Numbered from the stretch's first letter, positions 39,506 through 53,728 are shown. The stretch is DNA of 64,000 nt from Octopus vulgaris (GCA_951406725.2 OX597824.1:17980001-18044000); one strand, 5' to 3'. Notes: generated from the sequence alone by a model not told the origin. Numbers and translations: made by a program.

Positions 39506-40449
39506 GACAATATTCAGTGTCCGTGGAGTGAAAAGGAGCAACTTGTATGGTAACTGTCAGACTCCCGCAAACACAAAAATGTAATTATGCCCCGGCGTAC
39601 ACCAAAGCATGCAGACAACTGGTCGCCTCTCACTGATGGCTTCGATTTTGTTATGTATAGACCTGAATGCCTAACATGTTCAGCAATATCCCAGAACGTG
39701 GGATATTGCAAAGTGGGGTGTGTTTGAAACTAGTGTGTTATTGACACTTAATTTGACAACCTCATAGCAATATCGGACCCTGAAATAAATACTTGTGGGT
39801 TGAAACATGGAAAGATGCAGGTAAGATATTATGTGCAGTTAAAAAGTAACGTTGGTTTAATTTTTTTTTATCGTTGACAAATAGATACACCCTCACATAG
39901 TGCAGGAAGGGTGAACAGATTTATATAGCATCGGTTCTTGAGTTGTACTTGTATTATCGACCTCGATATAATGAAACTCAAAGTCGACCTCACACAAGTT
40001 TAAAAATCAGTACATAGCAATTACACGATTTCGTTTTCAGCCAAAATTCCATCTCTGTTGACATCCATAATCTTAGTTACTAATTATTAAAAGAGCTTCA
40101 AAAAATATTTGGGACAAATCACCCTCATAAATCTCGACGTAGGAAAAGAAAAATGAATAAGTCCAACTTGAACTGGAATTGAACTAACAAAAGTTGACTT
40201 CATTTAGAATACTAAACATACTATTCTCTCATTTTCCTTCTATAGTTTTCTCCGTACAACTTGTTCCCTTTCTAGCACCATTTGTATATATTTTATAAGT
40301 ATATGCTCATACAACTAAGATATTTATGAGAAAATAGGTCCATATATATGTACAAGTGAATATATATCGGAGTAAATGTATATAGGACTCCAATTAAATA
40401 AGAAACATACATGCATACGTGTTTGTGATCCATATATATATACGTACAA

Positions 40450-40505
<56 letters not shown>

Positions 40506-40969
40506 GTACAAAAACATACATACATACATACATACGTGTGTGAGTGTCTGTGATCGCTATGTCTGTGTATATAAGTATAGAACTGTGAGAGTGTACATGT
40601 AATTATAAATGTCTGAACATAAAGAGAGGGAGAAAGAAACTTTGGCTAGCAGATAGATAAGAAAGGGAAAAGCGAAGAGATTGGACGGGAAAGAAAGAGG
40701 AAGACGGAAAGGGAGATTCTGGGATAGTAATACATCTAGAGAATCCCCGGAGGATTTTCGGTGTAGAGATCTAATATTTGAAATAAAAACAGCGTTCTTT
40801 ATAAACTCCTTCCCAAACCTCTACTGTATTCCTTATCTACTCTAACCATCTTAGAGAAATATTTGTAACCATAGCAACTGTTGCCCAGTTCTCAAGAGAT
40901 ACAATTTAGCACATCTGTTCACTTAATATTGAACTAACCGAAACTCTCTAATTTTTTTGTTTTTACTTT

Positions 40970-41032
<63 letters not shown>

Positions 41033-41674
41033 TTTAGGTCATTTATTAAATCAAGTTAACGTTTATGAGACCTATTTACACTACGAAACTCAAAACTTAA
41101 TATATTCGTTCTTGGGAGGCAGCGATGGGGTGGGGGTTGTTTTGCTTGCGGTAAAAGTTTCCTGCCGTTTGGATACGTTCGCATTTTTCCGCCATTAATT
41201 ATATTGTTAATTATTTTTTTTCTGCCTCACACCTAAAAATTTCCATTTGAAATAGTGTAAAAGAGTTCGATTTAATATACCAGTGCTTGTATGGAAATAG
41301 TCTTGAAAATTGCATTGCCATATCTGCAGGTTTAATATATTTCGCTTGCGACGTATAATTTGGTAATATATTTTCCTAATTCTTACAGGACTGGGGGGAG
41401 AAATTGAACAAAGCAGCAAATACTGAATAACAAACAAAAAAAAATATTAATAAATAACGAGATCAAAAAGAAAGTTAAAGTGGAAAGCCTAATTGTTACA
41501 TCGACCACCTGATATTTAATTTCATGCAGACGACTCAGTAGAAAATATCGTTAAATAATCTTCAGTCTTTCCAGGATTCAATACTTTGTTTTCTGGCGTT
41601 TCTTACGAAGAATGCGATGTACATACGTATGCATGTATACACAGACACACACATACACACACACACACACACAC

Positions 41675-41716
<42 letters not shown>

Positions 41717-41749
41717 CATGTATATATATGTTATATATATATATATGTT

Positions 41750-41904
41750 AGTTTGTTTACGTCCCCGTAAATTAGTGGTTCGGCATGAGAGACCGAAAGA
41801 ATAAGTACTAGGATTACAAAGAATAAGTGCTGGGTTCAATATGTTCGACTAAATGTGGTGCTCCAGCATGGCCGCAGTGAAATGACTGAAACACATAAAA
41901 GAAT

Positions 41905-41910
<6 letters not shown>
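41750..41910 (+). mobile_element. SINE S1 tail fragment
   Basis: gtttacgtccccgtaa...gctccagcatggccgcagt...gactgaaac. Confidence 0.8.
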
Positions 41911-41950
<40 letters not shown>

Positions 41951-42809
41951 GTATGTATGTATGCATGTATGTTTTTATGTGTGTATGTATGTATGTATGA
42001 ATGAGTGTATATACACATACATGTGCGTCTTTGTATGTCTGTATTAATAAGTTAAGTAAAGTGAACCGTAACTTTGGTTTCACAGATAAAAGACCATACA
42101 GGTCCTGTGCTTCTACTTCCAAACACATCTCATGGATTTTCCTACAATGTGGTTTTAGAATGCAAGCTTAGTACTTGATATGAGAAATAACCCCAGCAGC
42201 TCTGCGACGGAATGATATATATCTTTTTACGCGCGACATGACTGTCGTAAATATTTTCGATGCTCTCTCAACCAAAGCTCAGAGACGAAACATTTAACTG
42301 CAAAGAGACTAGGAACTACCTTGAAAACATAAGCTCTGTGTACTATTCTAAATTAAATCGAAGGAAGAGGTTATTTTCTACTAATAAACATAAAGGGGTT
42401 CACTGTACTGTGAATATAGTAAGCATCAATGAGATCACGCTCTTTACTCTCCTGACTCATTCTGAATACATAACTTATACAAAATGAATGTAGAATTCAG
42501 TTTACACTAGAAAGGTGCAATTTGACGAGCAAAAAAGTATATCATTCGATATTGTCTTTCCTGAGTGGTGCACCGATTTTCTTCCGGATATAGTATGCAA
42601 TAAGTCTGTTGTTCATATTAGAATTGTCTTAGAGTATATATTTGGAAATGTGTCCGCACATTACGCGTTGATTTGCGATGGAATTGTATTTCAGTCATTT
42701 GCTTAGGATAAAAAATAAATCGCATGAAATAACAGTTTCTTTTAATTTTCATACATGAGTGTATATATGAGAGTATATATACATATATACACATATATAC
42801 ATATATATC

Positions 42810-42951
<142 letters not shown>

Positions 42952-45203
42952 TATCTGTGTGTACGAGTGTGCGTGTATAAGTGTGTTTTCTGTGTGGTTG
43001 GAGTGTGCATGCGTGTGCATGTATGTACACATTAGCTTTGAAACTGCGGAGTTGGCTCAAATGCTTACGGCTCTGTGCACTTTTCTTTTCAGAGTGCTTT
43101 TATCTTTTTCGACCAGAGACTATGTTTAGACTCCTATCGTGACAGTATTTCCAACAGACTTGCTACTATCTCTTTATTGTTAATTCGTTTTGATGAAAAC
43201 TTTCACCGAATTTCTCACTGTATAACTTAACATTTCACGGAGAAATTAAAATGTGCATGTAATTTTAAACACATGCAATTGCTCACGTTCTTAAAATACT
43301 TTCGGTGATGCTAGCTTTCATAAGTTTGAAACTACGTAAATCTATAGAAATCCATGACATACATGGAAAAATGTACGCTATTTGTCATTTTTCATACAGC
43401 TCCTATTTTGCTAGACATTTTCGAACTTGTTCAACTTATTCTCTTTGGTGTTTAACAAATACTTTGGCCAAAACTTTGGGATAAGGGAACTATGGAAATT
43501 TACAGAGAATTACTTGAATTGCTACCCTTCCAAAATCTATAGCATTTTAAGCAGCTTCATCAATATCAGTTTTAGATTATGCGAAGTTAAACTATTTGAA
43601 ACTCCACAAGAGGCTGCCTCAAAAACCCCGATGCTAAATCCTGTGTTACTGATGGGAAATCCTGTGTTGGATACAAAGCAACTTTCCATTAATAGTTCCT
43701 GTCAAGTAACTTATACTGCAAAGGGGTGAATTATAAAAATTGGCTAGAAATTCTTGCATGTAGTCATAAACAGTTCAGTATAGAAGATTCTTTTAAGCAG
43801 CTGTTTAACATTTTCGTATTCTGTTTCTCTTTTCCGAGAAGACAAGAGCTTGGATATTTATTTGCATTGTAAAGTAAAACTAACTTTTAGTTTTGAATTG
43901 AGCTGTTTATGAACAGTCACCATTCCAATAGTTATACATCAGTCCAACAGAAGCAGGCAAACCATTCATATTTTGATGGTTCTACTGGCCTCCATTAATC
44001 TAAAAAAATAACGAAACGTCTATACACTAGTCTTAAAAGCCCGCCTCATTAAGTTCCACACTTTTAGGCTGGATATTGAAAGGTTAAACTTCCTTTAAAT
44101 TCCCTGTGTTTTAAAATATTAAGGAGGCCAAATTTAGAATTGGCTTTAAGATTCTTCGTCTCTATCGATAATCTCGGATCACTGGGTGCAAAGATAGCCT
44201 TTGATGCGTGTCTCAACCATACTTCTTGAGTAAAGGACTGGTTCGAATTTAGATGACAGGTCCATGCATCGTTTTCGTTTCCATCAGTATTCCAAAATAT
44301 AATCTAAGTGAAATCCAAAAGTTCGAACCCTTTCAGTTTTCGTGTAAAAAAGGTTTGGTTGCAGCATCATATCCGCAAATATGAGAAACTGTTACTTTCA
44401 TGACATTCGACAAAGCTAAGGTTTTCGTAAAGAATTTGTAAAGAATTTGTAACGCAAAAATATAATTTTAGATATATAGTATATTTTTAAATAAGTATGT
44501 CAAAGAGCTATTCATTACAATAGAAGTAGCTGTTCTAAAACAAAAATAGGAATTATTATTGTAACTCTGTAACGGTTAATGCCAGAGAAAAACATTTTGA
44601 AAATCTGTGCCCTAAATTTAGTAAAAAAGATAGTGAAAAATCGTGATAAGACGAAGTTTTCGCAAAACTTCTTAAGAAGTGTTATTTAATCACTTAAGTC
44701 CCTAAGGGGTTGATTAAGCTTCTTGGAAATTTTCCTACATCAGTCTTTACACTCTATGTAAAGGTTTAGATCTGAAAGAAGATTCGACAAACTCAGTGAA
44801 ATAAAATACTTTTTTTAAAAATTCCAGTGAAATTTTTATTGTTATATATATTTACATGTTTTTTACATCTTGGGTTCACATCTAGTAAAGGTTGATTTTG
44901 ATTTTGATCGGTCATGGGGAGAGTGGAATATAAAGAGTAGAGATGACATATAATGACAACGAGTGAAATAAATGGTTACATGGATTGTTATAGTCCCGGG
45001 GCTGACAAATGCTTTGTGTGTTTGGTAAACAGAAACCTCGTGGATGACCCTGCCGAAATTGCGAGGATGATCCGGATCTTGACTGAAGATTAGAGGCTTT
45101 TTGTATCGTGTTTTTGTATCGTCTATTTGAATGTTTTGCGTTCTTGTCCCATTTTATATATTTTTTATACATATATTTTTGCGGCGTACGTACAAACCTT
45201 GCT

Positions 45204-45273
<70 letters not shown>

Positions 45274-45316
45274 AATTAAGGACTGAACACGAAAAGTGGA
45301 CAGTCAACATGCTAGA

Positions 45317-45472
45317 TATAGACGTCAAATCGCCATTCTCCACAAAGATTATGTTCTCAAATAAAACTCAGCACAAAACCAAAGCAATAAACAAGACAAA
45401 TGAAAATATACGAAATAAAATAATTTATTTGAGAACATAATCTTTGTGGAGAATGGCGATTTGACGTCTATA
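45317..45472. repeat. Perfect 49-bp inverted repeat with 58-nt spacer
   Basis: Arms 45317-45365 and 45424-45472, in a block bounded by (TA)n tracts. Confidence 0.93.
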
Positions 45473-45473
45473 C

Positions 45474-45505
<32 letters not shown>

Positions 45506-45515
45506 TATATATATA

Positions 45516-45852
45516 AAGGGTAAAGACCCCCTTCGGTCATGAGTGACCATGGGTTTGCACCTAGAGAGTTACCCTCTGAGGCACAAGTCTGGGCAAGGTT
45601 GTTTTTATGGAAGACCAGCAGTCGCCCATGCATACCGGCCTCCCCTCTCCACGTCACCGATGTTGTCCAAGGGAAAGGCAAAGGGGCCGATACAGCTTGG
45701 CACCAGTGACGTCGCAACTCATTTCTACAGCTGAGTGAACTGGAGCAACGTGAAATAAAGTGCCTTGCTCAAGAACACAACACGCAGCCCGGTCTGGGAT
45801 TCGAGCTCACAATCTCACGATCGTAAGCTCGACGCTCTAACCACTGAGCCAT
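45516..45852 (-). mobile_element. SINE, head type C + tail type T3
   Basis: Minus: tggctcagtggttagagcgtcg...ttcttgagcaaggcactttatttcacgttgctccagttcactcagctg, then a tail seen only here ending gaccgaagggggtctttaccc. Confidence 0.82.
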
Positions 45853-45915
45853 ATACATATATATATATACATATATATATTATATATATGTATATATATA
45901 TATATATATATTATA

Positions 45916-45959
<44 letters not shown>

Positions 45960-45984
45960 GTATATATCGAAAAGTTGAGGTTAT

Positions 45985-46394
45985 AAGAGGTAATGGTGTC
46001 ATTGAGACCCAAAGGTGTCAGGTAAAGGTAATGCTGAATAAGTGCTATAGACAAACCATGGTTAATTTCCAGATTCAGTAATTTTGTGAATAAGGGGTTG
46101 TTGGACTTTTGGACTTTACTCAGGGTATTGGAATATTACATATATACCATTCTGCTTAAAATTGGATTTACAACTTCAATACCCCATACGTATCTTGCAT
46201 CTATTTTCTTTCCGCCACCTCACTCTCTATTTTGTATCACATCTAAATTAATTATTACTTAACCATTGTCTCACACCGTCTCCGCTTAAGGGATATAAGT
46301 AATGAATATCCTGGAAACAGATGTAAGACCTATCTATAAATGTTCTAATATATACACAGCCTTGGTTTTTTTGTATCTCAGTACGCAAAAAATT

Positions 46395-46400
<6 letters not shown>
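45985..46400 (+). mobile_element. Penelope-like element fragment H5 with inverted 5' segment
   Basis: 45985-46098 matches 54649-54758 directly, while 46099-46400 matches 54785-55086 in reverse. Degenerate hammerhead ccgcttaagggatat...atatcctggaaacagatgtaagacc. Confidence 0.7.
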
Positions 46401-46436
<36 letters not shown>

Positions 46437-46714
46437 GTGTATGGGTGTGTTCGTTGGATTAACGTATGGTTAACGCCCTAAATATTTGGTAACGTGCTTC
46501 ACAAAGCTGTCAAATGTTCGAGTATTATGAGTGAAATTCCGTCTAATTATTATACTCATTAAGTACAATCACACTTACATACAACCATAAATAAATTTAC
46601 ATAATACTCGACAGCTGTCGACTCATCTACGAAGAATTATCTTTTTTCTGTCTTCCTTATTTTAGTGATTATGAAACCTTCAGGGCATTTTGGGGGTGGA
46701 AATGCGGCATTTAT

Positions 46715-46947
46715 TTATTTTTTTTATTACCCACAGGGAGCTAAACATAGAGTTGACAAATAAGGTCAGACAAGGGGATTAAGTCGGTTACATCAACCCC
46801 AGTGCGTAACTGGTACTTATTTAATCGACTCCGAAAGGATGAAAAGTAAAGTCGACCTCGGTGGAATTTGAACTCAGAACGTATCGGCAGACGAAATGCC
46901 GCTAGGCATTTCGCCCGGCGTGATAACGTTTCTGCCAGCTCGCCGCC
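46715..46947 (-). mobile_element. SINE S2 monomer with head
   Basis: Reverse complement of ggcggcgagctggcagaaacgtt.... Confidence 0.88.
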
Positions 46948-47527
46948 TAGCATTGATATTCATTATATTATAACTGGGTTCTCATTCTAAAAAATACCAT
47001 AGCCCGTGTACTTTCTTCTGACTTGAGAGAGAAGATCGACTAGGAAATTTCCTTTAAAAAAATGTCGCATTTCAGAAATGCTGGAAGATGGTTTGGTTTA
47101 ACTTGGGGACTTGAATATGTTACCCGTGAGACCAGCTCTGGAATGGCAAACATGGCCGCATTCATCATGACAAAGATACATATAAACACAAATGCATACA
47201 TTCATGTGTGGGTGTAAGTAGTAAGATTCAGTGGTTAATAATTTTATTCCTAAAATATGAGGTCCCGGGTAGATGTCATTTCACAGCATCTTGGTCTCGA
47301 GCTGACACAAGTATTGCAATAGAAATATCGCAAGCGGGTGGACAAATCTAATTGAAAACAACCGACCTATTCTCATTGTGTCACGGTAATTCTGATTGAC
47401 AATTGCCGTAGGGGAACATGAGTACGCCTGAATTTGCTCGGATTTAGTTTAAGTTCCATCATATAATGTGAATAGAAATAAGATATATGCATAAAATGAT
47501 TTGTAGTTTTATATAATCACTTAACTA

Positions 47528-48101
47528 TTGGGTTGTCCGGAATGTACGTGCCGATTTTTAAAGGAAAGAAAAAGGTCAATAAGTATTTGCCATTACCAAA
47601 GCTTTACCAGGTGCTCATAACCGACGGATTTCGATAGGTTGAGGCTTTCTACCAATTTTTGGGTTGTGCAATGTGGATTATTCTCAATTAATGACTTGAT
47701 TTGGTCATCATCTGTAGTGGATGGCCTACCCGATCGCTCTTTATCAATAAGGCTACAATCTCCAGCTCGGAACCTTGCAAACCACTTTCGTACAGTTCTT
47801 TCGGATAAAGAAACATCACCGTAAACTGCGAATATTTCCTTAGTTGCTTGTGAGGCATTTTTCCCTTTACGGAAAAAGAAAAGCATCAAGTACCGAAAAT
47901 GAACTTTCTTATCTTCCATTTTAAAGGGTTACAGAATTAACACAGGTTATAGGAACATAAACCTTCGTCCACGAAAAGATAGCTTAAACCGTGCTCTAAA
48001 TGGAGGTGTAGTCAAATCCTATTTTATGGACTTAACCATGTTCTAAAATAAGTCGAAAGGTAAGCTACTATAATTCGGCACGAACTTTCCGGACAATCCA
48101 A
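47528..48101 (-). mobile_element. Internally deleted mariner transposon, copy 2 (keeps transposase N-terminus)
   Basis: TIRs ttgggttgtccggaatgtacgtgccgattt / aattcggcacgaactttccggacaatccaa with TA on both sides; UTRs closely match 6482-7041. Confidence 0.95.
47593..47919 (-). CDS. Truncated mariner transposase, N-terminal double HTH DNA-binding region (108 aa, open frame)
   Basis: MEDKKVHFRYLMLFFFRKGKNASQA...VYGD..LSERTVRKWFARFRAGD.SL.DKERSGRP...TTQKLVESLNLSKS..YEHLVKL is typical mariner HTH1/HTH2. The stop arises at the deletion junction. Expression is unknown. Confidence 0.7.
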   Translation of the reverse strand: MEDKKVHFRYLMLFFFRKGKNASQATKEIFAVYGDVSLSERTVRKWFARFRAGDCSLIDKERSGRPSTTDDDQIKSLIENNPHCTTQKLVESLNLSKSVGYEHLVKLW

Positions 48102-48609
48102 TACCCTTACTGTTCTTTCGTTCATATATGAACATCATCAGACACTTAACTCTAGTATTCCTTCTCCTCTAATTTTGTTCGTAGGCCATCATCAGTAGAG
48201 CTTAGTCTTCAACCAGTGGTCAATAAATGCCATAGCCGATTATATATGAATATAGCGGGGAACCTACAAACATTTCTAAGACCAGTCGTGTGACTATCTT
48301 CTACCAATCAAATCCTATTCAAAACATATACTAATTTGAGCCATGAAGTCCCTATAAAAATAAGGCGAGCGTCAGAAGGAAGACAGCAGCGAAATAAGCT
48401 ACGTGTTTCTATTTCAACCATTTGAAAATCAGTGTAAACTGTGAAACCGGTTAAAGCTTTAAATATATTAGTAAAAAATATTTTAACTGTTCTGAATGAA
48501 TTTTCAACTTCTGCTTTTCCTATATTTCCACTCGTGTGAAATAAAAGACCTGTGTTTTATATATATAAACTGTGTTATAGATAACATTGTTTTACATAGA
48601 GAGAAACAG

Positions 48610-48940
48610 AGGCAGCTGTGTGGTAAGAAGCTTAACTACCAATCACATGGGTCTGGGTTCAGTTCCACTGCGTGGCAACTTGGATAGATGTTTTCTACTA
48701 TAGCTTCGGACAGTCCAAAGATTTGTGAGTGGATTTGGTAGACGGAAACTGAAAGGAGCCCGTCGTATATGTGTGTGTGTATGTGTGTGTGTGTGTGTGA
48801 ATGTTTGTATGTATGTATTTGTGTGTCTGTGGTTGCTTCCCCACCATTACTTGACAACCGATGCTGGTGTGTTTACGTCCCCGTAACTTAGCAGTTCTTC
48901 AAAAGAGACCCATAGTATAAGTACTAGGCTTACAAAGAAA
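48610..48940 (+). mobile_element. SINE S1 (left member of tail-to-tail inverted pair)
   Basis: Collinear with 16401-16760. Confidence 0.85.
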
Positions 48941-48944
48941 ACAT

Positions 48945-49308
48945 TGTACTTATTCTATCGTCTCTTATGCCGAACCGCTATGTGACGGAGACGTAAACAC
49001 ACAAGCATCGATTGTCAATCTCTCCCAACATCGGGGGACAAACACAGACACACAAACATATACATACATTAGGATTTGATTGGTAGAGAACAGCCACATG
49101 ATTGATATTAGAAACTTTTGTAGGTTCCCCGCTATATTCATATACGACGGGCTTCTTTCAGTTTCCGTCTACCAAATCTATTCACAAGGCTCTGGTCGGC
49201 TAGAGGCTATATTAGAAGACACTTGTCCAAAATGCAACACAGTGGGACTGAATCCAGAACCATATGATTGTTAAGCAAGCTACTTACCACCTAGCCACTC
49301 CTGCGCCC
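48945..49308 (-). mobile_element. SINE S1 (right member of tail-to-tail inverted pair)
   Basis: Reverse complement of S1, with an insertion at about 49070-49135. Confidence 0.85.
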
Positions 49309-49383
49309 TCTTATAACTATATATACACACATATATATAGGCATATATATATACACGTATATATACATATATATTTATACAAG

Positions 49384-49466
<83 letters not shown>

Positions 49467-50238
49467 CTCGGAGTATATTAGAATATATCGGAATACACGT
49501 TTTTTTTTATTGGTAAGGGTGCAAATTAGATTAGTAGTTATGCAGAGGTACAGATACATAACTTCATAGACACTCAGATATTGATTGCGATCGACAAAAG
49601 AGACACATACGTTTGTAAATATAACCGGATGCATTCATAAATAAATACACACGCACACACATATGTATATATATATATATATATAAAGAGATATAGATAT
49701 AGATATATTTATTATTTAAAGATCTACAATACGTTAATATTAGAGGGCAGCAGCTAACATCATTATGATAGCGATGATCATAATCATAAGAGAGGAAATT
49801 AAATGAGGAATGTTAAGATGTCGCCAAAATTGCGAAATTCGAAAGTAAAACATGAAATAGAAATTTATCAAAGAAAATATGAACGAAAGAGAAAATAAAA
49901 ACTGGAACGCATTTCAAGATTATATATATAAAAAAAAAAAGAAAATGTATATATTCCAATATGAAACATCGTTATGAGTTTCTCGGTAAAATCTGAAGTA
50001 AATTACGGTGTAATATCCTGCCTGTGAAATAAACGCAAAAGTAATCAAGATGCGTGGAACACTAAACATAACTTCATTTATCAGTCTGTTCGACGTTCTT
50101 CTTCGCGTTTTTGTTGTTCGTTTTCAAACTCTTTTTTTTTTTAAAAGAACAAAACTCCGTCAATTCCAAATGGTTGTGTGATTATGTATGTTAGTATATA
50201 TAGATAGATATACGTAACCTCATACGCACACATGCATT

Positions 50239-50294
<56 letters not shown>

Positions 50295-50426
50295 GATAGA
50301 TAGAGAGAGAGAGATAGATTGATATAGATATATATACATATGTGATATACATATGTGATATAGATATATATACATATGTGTATATATATATATATATATA
50401 AATATAGATATAGATATATATGTGTA

Positions 50427-50457
<31 letters not shown>

Positions 50458-50546
50458 ATATATATGCATATATATATCGATATATATGTATATATATATA
50501 TAGATATATATGTATATATATATATATATATATGTAGTATATATAC

Positions 50547-50609
<63 letters not shown>

Positions 50610-51039
50610 TATGTGTGTGTGTATTATGTATTTATGCATACTAGCGTAGAGAGGTAGAAAGAGAGAGTCAGAGCAATAGCAGGTGGGTGTGTAGGGAAGG
50701 TAGGTATGATTTCGTTTAAAGAAATTATAAGAAATAATTCATAAACAAGATTTGTCTGTGGCTGTGTGTAGTCGTTTGTTTAAGCTCGGATGTGCGTTTC
50801 TTCGTGCAATGATGGCGGGTGTGTGGTAGGCGATCGTATGCTTCAATGTCGGTGTGGTTCTGTTATAAATTATTTACATTTGTATAATTCTGAAATGTTA
50901 CATATGTAAAATGTGTAAGTGTGTGTGTGTGTGTGTGTGTTTGTGTGTTTGTGTTTGTGTAAGTGTGTGTGTGCATCGGTATGAGTGTGCATTATGTGTG
51001 TGAATATATATATAAATAAATAAATAAATATATATATAT

Positions 51040-51172
51040 ACATACACTCACGTATATATATATACATTTATATATATATATGTATATATTTAGATATTTG
51101 TCTCTCTCTGTCTAAATCTCACTCTCTCTCTCTCCATATACATACACACACATATATATATATATAAATATG

Positions 51173-51229
<57 letters not shown>

Positions 51230-51246
51230 GTATATATATATATATG

Positions 51247-51282
<36 letters not shown>

Positions 51283-51434
51283 CATATTTATATATATATA
51301 TGTGTGTGTATGTATATGGAGAGAGAGAGAGTAGATTTAGACAGAGACAAATATCTAAATATATACATATATATATATATATATATACGTAGTGTATGTA
51401 TACATATATATATATATATGTATATACACGTGAG

Positions 51435-51440
<6 letters not shown>
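51040..51440. repeat. Foldback inverted duplication around a (TA)n spacer
   Basis: tttagatatttgtctct...gtctaaatct..ctctctctctctccatatacatacacacac is mirrored by gtgtgtgtatgtatatggagagagagagagtagatttagacagagacaaatatctaaa. Confidence 0.85.
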
Positions 51441-51490
<50 letters not shown>

Positions 51491-51627
51491 CACATATTTA
51501 TATGGTGCTTATTTGTATATGTGTGTGTGTGTGTGTGTACTTCTGTGTGCTCGCGTGTCTATATATGCACGTGTGTCTATATATGGACGTGTCTACATAT
51601 GTATGTATGTATGCATGTATTTATATA

Positions 51628-51683
<56 letters not shown>

Positions 51684-52550
51684 GTGTGTGCTCGTTTACG
51701 CATGTGATTGTACGTGTTTTGGTATTGTTGTCGTTGTTCTCGTATATGTTCTTTTCTTATTGTCTTTTATTTTATTTCAGTTGTTCTTGTCTTCTTTTTT
51801 TTATTTTTTTTTTTTTTTTTTTTGTTTTTTTTTTTTCAAGAGATTAAACAGTAAAGGAAGAAAAAAAGATTATATTTTGACTTTACTGTAATGGGATTAT
51901 GAATCCACAAACTTGATATTACACACTTTTTGTGACCATTTCTTGTTTTTTATTAATATTTACTGTGTGTTTTTGTCTGTTATTTTATTATTACTTTTGT
52001 TTAAATTTTTGGTAGTTTTTCTACATTCTAGATTTTCTTCGTCTTACAAGTTCGTAATTTCTAGATATATTTTTTTTATCGTTCTCTCAAGTTTTTTCCC
52101 TTCTTAATCCGAACTTATCCTTTATATCCAAAGCATATATTTAGGGGGTGTTTTTTTTTTCTATGTGTTTTTTTTTTGTTTTTTTTTCCGAACTAAAAAT
52201 TTTCGTTCTTAAAAAAATAGGTAACCGGATTTTAGTTCGATTCAGTGCGCAATGAACAAAAGGATATAACATCTTGGATTTTTTTTAATATCAGAGAAAG
52301 TTACACAATTCGAAAATAAAAAAAAAATTAATAAATGAATAAAATAATGAAGGAAAAAACAAACAAAATGTCAGAAGAAATAATAAAGAATAATCACAAT
52401 TTATTATGCTTACACGCATATGTGTGTATATGAACGCACGTATGTTTATACATATGTCTATATATTTGTACATACATGCCTGTATATCTATCTTTCTATG
52501 TCTCTCTCTCTCTATATATATGTATATATATATTTATATGTATATGCCTA

Positions 52551-52597
<47 letters not shown>

Positions 52598-52670
52598 GCA
52601 TGTATATATATGTATGTATATATATATGTATATATGTGTATGTATATATATATGTATATGTATTAATACG

Positions 52671-52716
<46 letters not shown>

Positions 52717-52878
52717 TATATGTATGTATGTATATTTGAATGTATATAAAGATAGTTATCTATATATGCATAGCTATGAAATTGCATAGTTATATACAGT
52801 TATATGCAGAAACATGTAGCTACTAACATATTCTCAATCGTGTACACACAGCATACAATCACATATGAATTGTGTGTG

Positions 52879-52933
<55 letters not shown>

Positions 52934-53685
52934 GTATATATATATGCGTATGCCGAAAAAGAGAATGGAAAGTAGGATACGGAGAGGGTGAGAGATGAAA
53001 AGATAGAATAGACTCACACACACACACACAAACACACATCCACACGCACCCACACACAAATATATATATATCCACATGATCTCGTATATGATATATTAAC
53101 GTATACTAATAATCAATGGGAGGAAGTCTTCCATGAAAAAGTTTACGAATTCTGAAAACGTAAATATGACACTCCAACCCGCATCTAAAACGCTTATACG
53201 CCCCTCGTTGGTTCACCATTATATCCAAACATATTCTCTCTCTCTCTCTCTCTCTCACTCACACACACATGCACCCATATTCATTTACATAAACATTCTT
53301 AATATATATATATGTTTGTATATATACACCAACACCGACACCAACATCACGACTGAAATTGAAACAACGAAACTTAATAGATTCTCGTATGTCACAGACG
53401 TTCAGAATCCTATATGACTAATTGGAAGTGTTGCATGAGGAAGAATTTGGTTTTCACACACTGAGCAATCTCTGAAAATTTCTAAAGTGAACGGGGATAG
53501 AGGAGACACATAATGCGTCGTTCTTTCGATGATAAATATACGATGTGAAACCTACGAATATATCAGCCTTTATATACGTACATGCATACATGTGTGTGTC
53601 TCTGTGTGTGTGTTTATGTGTGTAGAAATAACTATGTATGCTTGCATACAAATGCATACGTGTGTAAGTGTCTATGTACATATCA

Positions 53686-53728
<43 letters not shown>

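Noticed and set aside
39683-39709. 11-bp stem-loop gcaatatccca-gaacg-tgggatattgc
   Set aside because: Short, isolated and without supporting context; bacterial terminator logic does not apply.
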